Part shown: positions 10,308 to 24,975 of the stretch, in pieces
How the letters are laid out: each line of letters opens with the position of its first letter
How positions within the stretch are numbered: position 1 is the stretch's first letter
From: Bigelowiella natans CCMP2755
Taxonomy: Eukaryota > Protista > Cercozoa
DNA: 64,000 bases
Direction: 5' to 3'
NCBI GenBank assembly: GCA_000320545.1
Contig: ADNK01000313.1
Coordinates: 62,001 to 126,000 of the forward strand
Program-made: the position numbers and the translations under genes
Notes under the pieces: model-generated
Seen by the model: the letters and a program-made list of their open reading frames with translations, nothing else
What the model was told of the DNA's origin: nothing
Databases searched by the model: none

Positions 10308-11082
10308 TTGGGAAAGAGCCATTCCTTCTTGCTCCAGAGTATCAGCCTTATCTCCAAAAAATCGATCCTGAAAAATAAGTCATTTTTTTTATTTGCTATT
10401 TATTGTTACTATCTGCTGCTGCTGCTGCTGCTGCTGCTGTTATTGCGAGTTGAGGGTACAATGATGTACCATATTGACATATTTCCTATAAATGTTCTCC
10501 TTTTAGTTGAGACAAGAAGAGAATATTAGGCACAGTGAAAGTGTGATATCTGGAAACATCAATTGATTGCAACCGTCTCCATCTCATCATTGTTATCATC
10601 ATCACAACTAGTAGCACAAAACGAAATCCATCAGTATCATTATCATCATCGTCATCATCATTAACACACATCCTCCGTTATTGAAAGCTTAAGTTCGACT
10701 GCTTCCACTCCTAATACAACAGAATAGAGTAGAATTGATGATGATGATGATGATGATGATCATGATGATAAAAGATGTACGATGTATGATTTCTTATGGA
10801 GAAATAATAATAGCAAGATAAGACCGTAGTTAGGATCGGATACTCCATAATTCACTAGAAGCTGAGACCTGTGGTGTTTTATCGAAACAAATAATAGCGA
10901 TAAACAACGGCCATGATGCACCAGAGTACTGCTACTACTACTACTACTACTACTACTTTGAAACTATGTATATCTCAATCTGATCTCCATCACATATATT
11001 GTTGCTTGTCTTGCTACTACTTACTCGGTTAATGAAGGTGCGAAGTTCAACTTCACAAGTTCTCCCTCGGTGAAACTATAGC

Positions 11083-11118
<36 letters not shown>

Positions 11119-11307
11119 TGTCGTTACATAGTAGCAAGTACAGAACATTAAACCAATAATGATCATGTAAAAGTGATATCATGAGCTACAAGACGACGAG
11201 GACGACGACGCCATAGTAATATAGTATCATCTAGTCAAGGAGCCCAAGGGAAGTGGGGGGGGAAACAATTTAGTCCGACACACACACATACACACACACA
11301 CACACAA

Positions 11308-11344
<37 letters not shown>

Positions 11345-11882
11345 GAGATAGAGAGAAAGCAAGAGAGAGATGAGAGAAAGAAAGATTATGCAATATAATA
11401 CTTAAATATTACACTGATTCACCACCACCAGCACTACCTGCTATACCACTACTTAGAAGAAAACAATCATGCTATTATTATCATTATTTTTATTACAGTC
11501 TCAACTTACAATCTTCTCTTCATTATTAACTATCATTATGTTATGATCGCAACCACTCCCCCCTCCCCCTGTCACTTACTCAGCATTAGAAACTATAGAG
11601 ACTTTCGAGCCCGCATTTCCCCCAATTCCAAAGATGTTGCCACCCGATTTGACCTTAAAATTTACGATGCGAGCCGTAACGACGGTGAAAATCATCATCG
11701 TCATCATTGCATTGATTCTTGAGAATATAGTTAATAATGTAGCAGGTGGTTTAAGTAGTAAATACTACCACTTGTTATTTATCTTGTAGTTTCATATTAT
11801 GTCTGCTTACTGCAGCAGCATGAAATTGTGTGTGTGGTTACATACACACATCCCAACACACACACACACACACATAAACACG

Positions 11883-11924
<42 letters not shown>

Positions 11925-12297
11925 CATTATACTTATTTTTAAAAAGTATTATGCATACTCGTAAATGGTTTGCTTTAGTTGTGTGTATACGTATTTGTAG
12001 TAGTTTTACTTTCAGCGAGGCACTGTTTGTCCTAGAATGTTCGAATAATCCAGCTAATCCAACCATTGTCCTTGTTGATAATAAGGACACCATCACCACC
12101 ACCAACAACAATAACAACAACAAGAGCGATAATGAAGGAAAAGAAATAAAACAAATAGTAAATTTAGCAGCCCTGAGCATATACAGCAACAGTATGTCTC
12201 CGCTGCTCCCTCCTCATACGCTCTCGATCCATCAGTGTTTGCAAGATCACGTGTCACTCACTCACTCAATCAATCTATGATAAACTTACCCTCTAGT

Positions 12298-12332
<35 letters not shown>

Positions 12333-15041
12333 TTTCTACAATGTTTCTTGAGTATCAAGTGGTGCAAAAGAATTTGCTCTTGTGACGCAAAAAGCCCATT
12401 TCAGGTCTTCAAATTCAACACCTGTAATATCGATAATGATAGTAATAATAACAATAGTAATAATATTCAATTTAGCAGGTAATACTACAAACATGGCCCG
12501 CACTACTACTTCTCTCAAGCGTAATGAATAATAACACTCTTCATTCAATGGCTAACATTAATAATAGAGGATGATCAATAAAGCACAATTTGGGAGGAAT
12601 ATGCTGTCTTCTTCTTCTTCTTCTTCCTACTGCTGCTACTACTACTATGTCTTCTTGGATGGGATACGATGGAATGAATGGGATGGACAAAATGATGGTA
12701 ACATGCAGCAGGTAGCTGGATTTATTGTATATATGATGAAGATGATGATCCCTTAATAAAATGTTGCTGCTGTTATTGCTGGTGCGTATTCGTTGTTCTC
12801 AATATAAGAAAAACTACTACTACCATTAGGTAGAAGTGACTTTGGGATCTTCTGAACGACGGCTTGTATGCTCATCTCCCACTCAGCCTTAAGGTATGAC
12901 AGATACCCCTCAGCTACTTCCAATGCCTTTCAACACAACATAAACAACAACATTGATCAAAATAAGGATGACAACGAAAATAATTATGATTGTTTGGATA
13001 TATGCTGGGCATAAGAAAGTTATACAACAAAAAATCATCAAACACCACAATGACGAACGACCTGCGTCCCCTGTAATAGATCGGTTCTGATGTCGTCGTC
13101 CCAGAGTAAAGGGCTATTCGGCTGCAAGTTCAACGTGGACAAAGTCCCTAAGACATCAACAATCAACAAGCAAGATAGAGAGATTTAATGTAAATATGTT
13201 GTCGTACCATCGACTTTTGGTATGGAACGTAAAGATTATGAACCGATTTATGCAACAAAATTATCGTAAGAATTAAGCTTAACAATGTTGAAGCCATAGC
13301 TAGATTTCAAAGTAATACTTTGCAGAAATGTGAAATCATCATCTTCATTGTCAATCTTCGGTTGTTCCTGTAGCTGCTTTGCATAAAGGAGTAGCAACGA
13401 GAGCTGCGCCCAGGAAGGAAGTTCTGATACGTATTGTCCGATTTTGGAGTTCCGTACCTACCAATGAGAGACAGCACCAGCACCCATTTATTAATATTAA
13501 TACTTTTGAGGTCATCACCTACCAATGAGAGACAGCACCCACGAATCTAGAATTAATAATACTTTTGTCGTACTCACTCATGACGGTAGATTGGCAAAGT
13601 AAATGACTATCACTTACTTTCTCAAGATTAAGACATAACACTCCCATGGTGTCTATGGATAGGATCTCATCGCCTATTATATTGTATCAGTAGTAGTGGT
13701 AGTAGTAGAAGTGGCAGTAGTAGAAGAGTAGCAGTAATAGGAGGAGGAAGAGGAGGAGGAGGAGGAGGAGGAGGAGGAGGAGGAGAGTAGTGCAAAAATT
13801 AAAACATGTGGTGCAGCACTGGACAACAATGTAATGAACACATCATCATTGAACACATCAACAATGTAATGAACATATCATCATTGTAAAGCTGCTAATA
13901 ATGTATACACCCTTGCGAATGTCTTTGCTCGCATAGATGCCCACACTGCCATCGATTTTCTCGCCAGCACGGAGAAATGAATTAGTTCCTAATAGTAGCC
14001 TAGGTAGAGCAAACGCTTCATTATGAATAATATATTAGAGAATCTAAATATCATTGCATTTCAGAAAGCGGAGAAACTCAATCATGCAATATAATTCCTA
14101 TCTCTATATGTGTTCGTCGTTGAATCATTCTCTACTGCTACTACTGCTACTACAATTATTGTACTACTACCCTTTCTTAGAGTCTGCTGCCAGGACGGCA
14201 TCAATATCACGGATGGTGATGGTATTATCTGCCATTTAAGAATCAATCATCGATCGCAGCAACCATTGGATCTCAACTTGTCGCATAATCTCAAAAACCA
14301 AGGTATTGTGACTTTTTTAAATTTTGAACACTACCACTCATACTGCTGGAACTTTTCATACTACTGCATCGCTGATGATGACAGCGATGTCTTCGGTGAC
14401 TATTTTGTCGTCTTGCAGTATGTGGCCGCAGCGGGGTATCGCTCATCATCATCATTTTGTATGAAGAAGATTGACGAACTAGAGGTCTAGAAAGACGAGA
14501 AGAAGAAGGAGAAACCACCTGTGCAAAGCCGTTTACTAATTATTGCTGAACGGAAATTTTTTAAAAATGTTCCTTGCAATAATGTGCCGAATAAATTCGT
14601 TAACAATATAAAAAAGTATTTCAATCGAAGATGAATTGTTTTGTCATTTACTATTTACCGTAAAGGAGGATTTCAGGATCACCACCGAATCGTCCTTCAT
14701 GCCTAATTCAGATTCCAATCAGTGCGGATGCTTCAATAGTTTAACTTAATATTGCAACCTGTTATCCAATAGCAAGTACCCAGCAGAAATATAAGGCTAA
14801 TTGCTGTGCTAACCATCATCATCATCATGCAGCCAGAACGGGAGGAGGAGGAGGAGGAAATCTGCATAATGAGAGAAATCAGTTTCGAGATACAATTCTT
14901 GGCATAATACTGCTCCGAAAAAAAATGATTAAAGCATAGAATATAACCCGGTTTTGTATAAAGTCGCGAAAAAGCACGATCGTCGTCTGTGACACAATCA
15001 TAGACGACGGACGGTGTTGTCGCGGACATTCTTTTCGACAT
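8364..15041 (-). CDS. LSMT: Rubisco large subunit / fructose-bisphosphate aldolase lysine N-methyltransferase (SET domain, LSMT family), probably plastid-targeted, >15 exons
   Basis: Manually spliced exons give GIYASKDIRKGDEIL, SPLLWDDDIRTDLLQGTQ, LKWAFCVTRANSF, QLLVNYG, DRFFGDKADTLE, DAFILEPIFRDDLW...LPFSENNEE, AIRIGEQK and FYQKRRLMKLNL, collinear with plant LSMT. Hydrophobic leader ~14760-14860 followed by an S/R-rich segment. Start uncertain. Confidence 0.88.
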
Positions 15042-15900
15042 ACTAATAATGAGGCCATCTAACATGCATGATGATACTCTCTAACAAGCATGACATCCTC
15101 TGCTATTATAACATCATCCGAGGCTTTAAGTACCCCCCTCCTCGTCTTAGCCTTCTCCGGCTGCCCACGTGTAGAAGGGCCCATTCGATAAAATCTGGAG
15201 ATTTGTAGAGATTATTCGGATGAAGCTCGGAATGAATTCCTATCTTCCTGGTACATATAGGATATCTTGATATTGGTGATTTCAACAATTCTCATCAACC
15301 TTTGTTGTCGTCGATTCTATTCTGCATGTAATTGTTAGCATGGATATTAATTTCGTGCACCCAATCCGTATTATTACATTTATTCATTGTATTTCACGCT
15401 CAAGAACTCATAACTTCAAAAGAAGGGGGAGGAGGAGAGATCAAACAAAACCTAACCAAATCAAGCAATACACCCACCGGCCGCCAGACAGACAAACAAC
15501 AGATACCAGACGCCTGTATCTTGCTTGCTTGCTTGGGAAGAAGTACTGCACTGGAATCATTGTTTATTGTTCACACTGCATCAGGTTCGACGAGTTTTAA
15601 CTGTGCATTGAGCATTACCAAGTGACTACTTCACGCCGCCTTCTTTCAATTGCTAAAATCACTAATATTGTTTTTGCTCGCTGACATTCAATCGATATGT
15701 TTTTGTGTATCGGGGCGAGACGACATGATTGAGAACTCAATGCAATGTTGTGTAATGAGATTACAATGTTGAGTAGTCTGCCCCCGATTTTAAAAGCATT
15801 CCTTGATATCAAAGGCTAATGCACAAACTTCATTAGGCTCTGACGAGAAAGGAATCTTGCGACAGCCCTTGGCTCCCAAACTTGAAATATATATATAAGG

Positions 15901-17610
15901 ATGGAGAAGAAAGAAAATGGTCAGCAGAAGCCGCCAAATCAGCAGCCAGGCCTAACCATTAAGACCAAAGGGGTGCTAAAGCCTGACGCCCCGCAGGACG
16001 ATGGAAGCCCAAAGTCCCCTCTCCCGGCCCATGTTAGACAAGCATGTGAGGCAGCAAAGGTTCTCCATTGATGGAAAAACGCAGCTGATATGATAGTAGC
16101 ATCGGGCAATATCATGGCAAATATGCATTGTTACTTATAAAAATGATGTATTCTCGTATCTTGGCTAGAGTTCAGGGCTAAAATTATATGAAAACTACCG
16201 TGTTAGGTTGCTCCAATATCAAATCCCTTCCCACAAATTTTGAAGAGGCCAGTGTACACAAATGGAGATAGATTCTTGCTCTGTCTTGTAGGTCTTCCTG
16301 GCAGGTACGTTAAGATATTATATGGTGGGAAAGACTGAGACAAAGTTTATTATTGAGAACGTTGGTGATTTGTAAAATTAGAGGCAAGACTTTCATATCT
16401 TATCGTGTGAAGCATTGGCTCACATACTTCCATGATATCCCAACCCAGTAAGACCACTTTTCATCAATGAAACTCTAAACCGAAATGCAATTCCGACCTG
16501 AAAAATAAAACATTATAGTTATTCTGTGTTTCAATCCGTATTATAGGGTTGTAAACTTGGGTAATGCGAGAAGGAAGCTCATAGGCAGACAAAAATCCCA
16601 TCAATTTTTCACAAAAAGCAACGAAGAGGTACAGAGCAACAAAGTAGATAAATACCACTCCGATTTTCATTTTGACTATTTGCAGGCGAAGAAAATTCTA
16701 GACAAAGCGCGAAAGACATGTTTAGATGATATCAAAAAATTCTTGCTTGAGGATGAGGAGGGAAAACACGTCGGAAGAGTAGCCATTTACGATGCTGCTA
16801 ATATTACGGTGGTTATGATTTTCGAATCACAAATGTATAAAATGCAGCGGCATTGATAGGAAAGGAACTGTTGGAATGCTATTGTGATGCGTCGCTTCTT
16901 TGTTTAGTTTGAGAATCGGCAGCAAGTAGTGAAGGAGATGGATGGTATACTTCCTCTGGCGCACATCATCTTTGTAGAAATTATTCAGACCGATCCGGAG
17001 AAGATTTTGGTGTGTTGTTGAAAGAAATAAAGAGGAATATTATGATGATCATGATAATCTGGGTTACTGTACATCCATTTTGAATTTATGAACAACACGA
17101 AGAGAAATAAGAGTAGTACATAATGAAATTTTACATGTTGTATGAGTATGGTGTAAAGGAAAATGCCTAACGTGCACGTATGCATGTGTGCGTGTGCTCT
17201 TTTTGGGTATTATGTGCATCAACAAGAGGCAAAGAAATATAAAACATCACTAGAAAAATGACTCGAATCTTTCTTTTATTTGGATCCTACTAGAACCACA
17301 TTCGAAGCATCAAAGTCCACGTTGGTATGCCGGACTACAGAGATGAACATGACAAGGAAAAGGTGATAGTAGCGAATAGTTATTAGGTAGTGGTGCATAT
17401 ATAATAACCCTTCGAAAGAAAGAACTCCTGTTTACATTATCGTCAACTTTCATCGTCCCTTCGTTTTTCCTACTACTAATCCTACGCTCTCTTCAGGCAG
17501 TAGAAGACTATTTGGAGCGCGTGAAGCACTACCAGACAGAGTATGTAACCATGAAGGACAAATCAAAGAGCTACATCAAAATTGTGGATGATGGTCGTCA
17601 AGGTGATGGC

Positions 17611-17648
<38 letters not shown>

Positions 17649-18435
17649 AAGTAGTGCTAATAGAAGAAGAAGAAGAAGAAGAAGAAGAAGAAGATGGAAG
17701 TGGAAAAAGGGAAGTCGCGTTCCTAGGTTATCTTCTTCGAGGTTATTCTCATAGTGTCTGTCTATTACGTTCCTATTTATGAGATCATCTTTGAGGTCAT
17801 TATTTGTAGCCATGAAAGAAGTTAACGACGAGTTAGTTTTAATTTGTTACTACTCTCCTCCTCCTCCCCCCTGTCGGTCACATACTGCTAACACTACTCT
17901 ACAGTGAGTGTCAATCGGATAAAGGGTTTCTTGCCAGGCCAAATAGTAAATTATCTGATGAATCTCCATTCGCAACCAAGGCCTCTGTAAGATTATCCGA
18001 ACACATGAGAAAATATATGACAACTAGGGTACAACTAATGCCTTTATTGTATTGATTGTTAGATATTTATCACGGCATGGAGAGAGCCAGTACAACGTGC
18101 TCAAAAAGATCGGCGGAAACTCACCTCTATCCACACGGGTAGTGCTTGTTAATTGATAGTTTGCTTGGGTATATGCATGCATATACCTGTTCTCTCCCAG
18201 AAGTAGTAGTCGGCAGTCAGATAACTTTATGGCTGTGTAATCATGTAGGGCGAAAAATACGCTGTCGCATTGTCAAAATGGGTGAAGGATAACGTTCTTA
18301 ATCCAAAGGTGCTGATTCTCTTACTTAAAACGACGACGATTACGATGATAGTTATGATTAAAACAATTATGATAGACTAGAGAGAAAGTTTAGAGAAGGC
18401 TACTACTACCATTAGGAACCTCCAAGTGTGGATCA

Positions 18436-18525
<90 letters not shown>

Positions 18526-18909
18526 TGTGTGTGTGTGGTGCTAGGACGCACATGTAAACAAATTCTATGCATGATATATATTTCGTATTTTTCCACCGAG
18601 CGTAATTACCATGTTTGTGGTGTGAAGGAGCCAATGACAAAGAATTCCAAGCATGCACGTCTGTATACATCATCCTTGCGCCGTACGATTGATACGGTAG
18701 TTATGCTGCTGCTGCTGTTGCTTCTGCTGCTGCTACTTCTACATATGTACCGCTTGTTGTGATGATGATGATGATGATGATGATTGATGATAATGCAAGT
18801 TGCCATAATTTTAATAATATGTTCAAACAATAAATCAACAGCCTGGATTTCTCTATTCATATATAACTATATAGCTTGCTAGAAGAATAAGAATACTTTT
18901 ATTACTCGT

Positions 18910-18953
<44 letters not shown>

Positions 18954-20471
18954 ATTTTTGGATGGATGGATGGGTAGATGATGTTGGTGGTACTGCATGC
19001 AGGTGCGACATTTTGATCATTCAGTTCAAGAAGATGGATGGGTCACGATGCGGCGAAGAGAGTGGAGAGCCCTGGATGAAATTTTTGCTGGAGTCTTCGA
19101 TGGAATGGTTGTAACAGATATAGAAGAGTAACAACAATATGAAGAAGCACTACATTGGTCCGTTGTATTCTCATCTTTAAATTGTCTTCTGTTCCTTTTG
19201 CTTTCGTTAGACATACGAGGAAGTAAAGCGAAAGGCGCCACAGCAGTTCGAAATGCGCTGCAAGAATAAGCTGGATTACAGATATCCTGTAATAACCACT
19301 ATGCGTCTTCTTCTTCGAACAATAGTTGTTGCAAATACTACGTTGAATACTAGATTGATAGAGTTTCCATAAATGAATGTTATCATGCTTACTATCAGCC
19401 AGGAGAATTTCAGTCGAGGATATCCCCCCTCTGAAAATTCTTCTGAGTAGTTGCCATTCTTTTGAGTAGTTGCCATTCTTCGAGTAGTTTGCCGCCTTGT
19501 CTCTTTCCCATTATTATTATTATTATTATTAATATTATTATTATTAATATTAGTATTATTTTCACGACAGTCGACACTACAACTAAGCTTACTTATTTGT
19601 ACTTTTCGTCCGTTATCTCATTGTCTGTAATATATTTCATTGATTGAGGTAAAAAATAATTGGTAATTAGCGAGGAGAAAGCTACCAAGATGTAATCAAG
19701 CGTGTGGAGCAAGCAGTACTCAGCATGGAAGGCACTACCTAGCAAGATTTACTAGAGCAATGCTACATAGTCAATATTATTACCACTTCATCGTCAGTCA
19801 TCACACCATAAAAATGGCGGCATGTTCATTATTTTATTCATTACTTTCATTGTTTGTTTTCTGTTTTTCGTTGTTGTATAAGTTCTAAACCACCGCTCAT
19901 TTTCCTCATTGCATTCATTCGCTGGGATATTATGGGATATATTTCCTGTCTACTTACCCACCAACCAATCACTATTAACTTAAGTTTCACTCGAAGGAAT
20001 GTATTTCCCTTATTGCTGAAACTACTGCTTATTCGTAGGTCTTCAAGATCCCGTGGTGGTTGTCGCTCATCAAGTATTATTATTACTACACTTAGTTGAT
20101 GATGATAATGATGATGATCATGGTGATGGTGATGATGATTTTTTCATCGTAGAGCAATAGTAGAGCAATAGCAAGCCAACTAAAGCGGTTTTCAAATAGT
20201 TGTATTATTAGTTTTGAAGACATCAATGCCTACTGTATATCACAACAACAACAATAATAATAATAATAATAATACACGGTTGCAATCTGACCTCTAAAAT
20301 TGTTATTCATTGGTTCTCGACAGGCTGTTCTGAGAATAGTATACGCTTATTTCATGATGATGGACAAGACGAAGGTAACAGAGTAGTAGTAGTACTACGT
20401 GTAACATCGATACTAATCGATAGGAGGATGGTCTTAATAATTTCATTTCGAGCATAAACAAAGACATAGCT

Positions 20472-20555
<84 letters not shown>

Positions 20556-21019
20556 ATATATATATATATATATATATATATTCTTTATTAAGTAGTTTAC
20601 TGTTTGATTTTGTTATTAATACTATATGTAACAAAGTAGCCAAAACGTTAGTAGTAGTAGTAGTAGTGGTAGTAGTAGTAGTAGGTGCGCAACACCAATA
20701 CCGTTATCACTCCTGACTCAGCCACTGAATCCATCATTCGTTTGCTAATTTCCTTCTCCTTTTCTTCTCAGGCCCCGACAATAAGTATACCCCTCAACAC
20801 AGTCATAAAACTTGTGCCCAAAAATCATGGCTGTGACGAAGGTCCTCCGTATTTTTTTAATTTAAAGGACAGCATTGAGAATAATAGTTGTTTCACTCTA
20901 GTTGATGCTGATTACAATGGATAATAATCTCTATTTTCTACTGTTTAATTGGTTTAGAACGTTTCGTTCTTGTCAACGAGGAGAACAAAGACAATTCAAA
21001 CAATGCTCCCTCACACTAG
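15901..21019 (+). CDS. PFKFB: 6-phosphofructo-2-kinase/fructose-2,6-bisphosphatase, multi-exon
   Basis: LVGLPGRGKT P-loop (16285-16390), VAIYDAAN, RHGESQYNVLKKIGGNSPLS (18072-18135), TSSLRRT and WRALDEIFAGVFDGM. Last exon RFVLVNEENKDNSNNAPSH*. Confidence 0.92.
18438..18536. repeat. Compound (TG)n(TA)n microsatellite, representative of the many intronic simple repeats in the window
   Basis: Directly visible. Similar (TA)n, (CA)n, (GA)n, (CAT)n, (TAG)n and (GAG)n tracts occur in most introns. Confidence 0.95.
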
Positions 21020-21099
21020 CAGTCAAATTATGGCACTGACAGATGCTGTCACATTAATCGCTGCAATTAAATGTTAACGAATGAAAGCAGAAATAGATC

Positions 21100-22270
21100 A
21101 ACAGCAATTTTTATACGTAAATTGTTCAGATGAAGAATGAGAATGGTGACCATTAATGACAGTGCAATTTTCAAATTCATCATGGTGTTGTGCATGAAAT
21201 CTCATGTGATGACGGGTTTTCATGCAATTTGTGTTTGCGAGCGAACTTGTGAACTGTTTTGACGTTGAATTGTCGCATCAAAAATGCACATCCAATTGCA
21301 TGACAACAAATCACTAATCTAGTCAACCATAACATTGGCATTTTAGTGTTTTCTGAGTTCGATCGCATGCATGCAGGCAGGATCGAAAGTTTTTGTGGCT
21401 GCTACATGCGTGCATTGCCTAGATAGATTTAGCGATGGCTGCGCCTCTCTTGCTACGGTCCGCAATGGAAAGTCCATCCGCAAACAATTCGATTTTTGAT
21501 GGTTGATGTGCACAGCGAGCTAGCGAAAGCTAGAGTTCTGATGCAAAGCAAACGGCAAATGACATTGTGCGTAGAGATGTGTCCATTTTTCTGATCCATG
21601 TGCATTTCATGACACCGCACACGTGTCAAATGTGGCATTTGCTTCCTCACATTGTCCTCGGGACAACATGGATTTTCCAAGCTGGCATAGATTGCCCACC
21701 CCACAGATGGCATACATTCAGAATTCATGCTAGCATGCGTGATAGCAATGCTTGGCAATTTCAATTTGACACCGCCAGTGACACGAGAGGATGGAAGGAA
21801 GCCAAGATGAGACAGCTGCACAGCTCTTGTCAAATTATTGTGACCATTTTTCTTCAAAATCAGACAAAGCAGCAGTGATTGTATCGTAGTTGGGAATGTA
21901 GAATTGGGGTCAGGTTGTGACCCCTAGACCCAGCAGCTAGAGCAGGTGCAGTGTACCGTACCCAAAAATTGCGTCAACAATAAAGCCATGCACAGCACGC
22001 AGCACGTATTTGCATCCATGACAGAGCGGCTCAATTGTGCACTTACAAGTTGCTACTCAACTAGTCCTGCATGCATGCACATCATGGGACGGATGCAATG
22101 ACTAATTTAAATTTTGTCAATGGTAATCCTAATGTAGCTATGCAAAGTATTATTAGTTGTAGACTCATCATGGAACTGAATTGAACCATGAGCATGACGA
22201 ATCCAGAAGCTAAGGAGTTTGTACTCGCTTTCGTTGATTTGTCATGCAACAACAACGTCAGCACGGCGCG
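21100..22270. other. Partially TpA-depleted intergenic block (degenerate repeat remnant)
   Basis: AT-rich yet TpA-poor, with TG/CA excess and survivors often in CTAG. Lies between the converging PFKFB and DedA 3' ends. Confidence 0.6.
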
Positions 22271-22281
22271 AATGCTTCATC

Positions 22282-23374
22282 TTAGCTAAAAGAGGGATCA
22301 GTCGTTTCATTTCTTGGTCCTGCAACATTGTTAGAGTTCTGTAGTCTATAAACTATGGCGGGCACCCCGATTCCTAGAGAGAATCCAAACCCGTAAAGTA
22401 CAGCCGTTGCCCCACTAAGCAGAGCCATAGGAGGCCCGGATTGCGCTGCCAGCCAGGATCCTATCGAAAGCTGTACAAGCAAAGTGATAGAAGCTCCAAT
22501 GGCATCACCAGCACAAAATTTAACCGGGTTTATCCGCATAAAACCTGCAGCTAAGAACAGTGGAGTGCGGAGCCCTGGGGAGAATCGAGCTACAATTCCG
22601 ACCCATCGACCAGATAACCTTATGATTTCTGCCGCTCGTGCCAAAGCTGATCTCGGATTGTTGCCTGCTTCTACTTCCTTTATGTTTGCCATTGTTGTGA
22701 ACCTTGATTGTTTCAAGACGCCTTTGCTAACCAATGTTGCCATGAAGAAAGGAATCCTAAATATGGTAGGAAATATGCACTAAAAAGTGAGACAATTATG
22801 CACACGTTTGTGAAATGTGATTCTTTACCAATCTGAAATAACAACTCCGAGATAGATGTATAAAAGTGTCTTGAAGGTTTCTTGCTGAACTCCGTTTGCA
22901 ATTTTCATTCCAACCCACATGACCAGTGAGTCCTCTGGAAAGGGAAATCCGCATCCTGCCGCGATTAGATACCTGTACGAAAGTATATTTTTTTACCAAA
23001 AAGAGTTGTCATACCGCTTAATCTTCTAACCAGAAGTATAGAGCCGTCGGTGGATGTTCTGCGGACGCTACAAGATCTTGGAGTTGAGATATAGGTAAAG
23101 CATTACACGTAAGATTTCTTGGTGACGTCTGTCTTTCTGGGGAAATAGAATACTGGCGGGTTGTTTTCCAACATCCTGCCGAAAGCAAAGAGACCCGAGG
23201 TTTCATTTGAATGGCCTGCAATGACCTCGTTTTGACCATCTTTAAGGAAGGAAATGAATAATGTCCTCCCCTTGATATCGATCCCTTAAATACATGGGGA
23301 GTCCATTTTGACACAAAAGCTTCCCCTCTCTCAATGATAAGTGTATCAAGCAAGAAAATTAACAAATGCCACAT
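22282..23374 (-). CDS. DedA/VTT (SNARE-associated Golgi protein family) membrane protein with N-terminal targeting leader
   Basis: Spliced motifs AAGCGFPFPEDSLVMWVG, YLGVVISDW and VARFSPGLRTPLFLAAG. Two short introns. Leader MWHLLIFLLDTLIIERGEAFV. Confidence 0.88.
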
Positions 23375-24090
23375 ACAACTCTGCTGGTAATTCGCAAAAT
23401 TGGCCAGAGGAATTTGAAACAGTAGTAACAGAGGTCAGAGGGGGAACTTGAAGGGGAAGTTAGTGGGGTAGTAGTGAGTGCATTTGCATGTTATTATGTT
23501 CCGTTTCTGTTTATGATTTCTGTTCTTTGTGTTGTAGCTATTTCTGATTTGGTAAAGGCTCTGTCACAAATATTTCGATGATCTTTTATTGATAAAAAGG
23601 GTTAAAAGTAAATTATGCGACAATGACATTACACAGATTATTGTACAAAAAGAAGCGGCGTACACCTTTCAACGAAGACACGAAGACTACGTCAACAGGA
23701 TGGGTAGTAGAAGCAAGCACACCAAGCACACATTTTTTGTTAGCATATTCGAGATGGAGGAGCAGTCCTTTCCTTTTACATTACAAGTGTTTTGACATTT
23801 TTCTGGTAGTAATCCAAGATACTTCATTATTGCATATTGACTGAATATGGATAACTTATGCTGCCTCGTGGAACTTTCACCTCATGTTCTGATCGAGGTG
23901 TTAGCGAAGACATTCAATTTCATATGATTTATATTCGCACATAGTTGATTGCATAGATGGTATTATCACGTGACTAGACTGACGGAAATTCAGCCTCATA
24001 GACAGTGTCCGTCTTGTAAGATTTAGTAGTGCAGCGTGAACTTTTTGACTCTGTAAATTGACAGAATAATAGCTTATTTGTTTATCAGCG

Positions 24091-24975
24091 TTGCTTATCG
24101 TTACGATACTGGTGGCGATGGTATGCTGTTCGATGACAGCACCTCTTACTGCATCATACCGAAGTGGTGACATTAGTCGTCACCTCCTCCCATCGCAGAA
24201 ACAAACGAGAATGGAGAATTCGGGAAGGTGTTCAGTTGTTTATTCCATCTTTCGTACTCATCCTCATTTTTTTTGTAGGTTTCTCTTTTTGCTATCTACG
24301 ATAACAAGATAACTTTTTACATTATTTCTGTAGAATTATTGGAAGCGCTTATTCGATGAGACAGCCAGTGAAAATTTCGCAACATGTGAAGTTTGGAAAT
24401 CGAGCATTGCCTTATTTTCATCGGAATAGATTGATACAGATGGCTGCAGAAGTTGACGAAGTTCCTGGTGCGAAAATGTTTTGTGATAGTTTTTTTATAT
24501 AACATGTGGTAGAATGTTTTATTCCGAAAGAATAAATAGTGAACCGATAAACTCCAAGGTTATTATATTCAATAGTGGCACTCTCCTCCTGCAGCCCTTT
24601 GTGAATTGTCAAATATTTCTTTGTTTTCGATTGTTTCAGGAGAAGGTTTTGGAAGAAGAGGGAAAAAACGCAGAAGGAGAGAAGCACAGGACAATGAAGA
24701 CAGGGCAAAAACATCCGATGAAATGATCGCAGAAAATCCATTGTCAGTTTTACATCTGTTGCTTGACCCCTAATGTACTAAAAACTATTCCAGGACTAGG
24801 ATTAATTTTTAAGTATGGCATTTATATTTACAGTTTTTACGACTATAAGAAGGATGATATGGAAGGAGGGGGTTGGAATGTATTGGGATTCTTTCTGGAA
24901 AATTCTGTTGCAGTCTTTGCAGTGGCGTTTCTTATAACTGCTGGTACTATTTTCACAATAAATAATGTACTGTAA
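24091..24975 (+). CDS. Small multi-exon protein with hydrophobic leader and C-terminal transmembrane segment, function unknown
   Basis: Exon-like segments LIVTILVAMVCCS..., ...LIQMAAEVDEVP, GEGFGRRGKKRRRR and ...VAVFAVAFLITAGTIFTINNVL*, separated by GT-AG-like introns. Start probably further upstream. Confidence 0.45.

Noticed and set aside
19440-19495. Short tandem GAGTAGTTGCCATTCT repeats (and the 28-bp duplicate at ~13824-13886)
   Set aside because: Local intronic slippage duplications with no sign of function.
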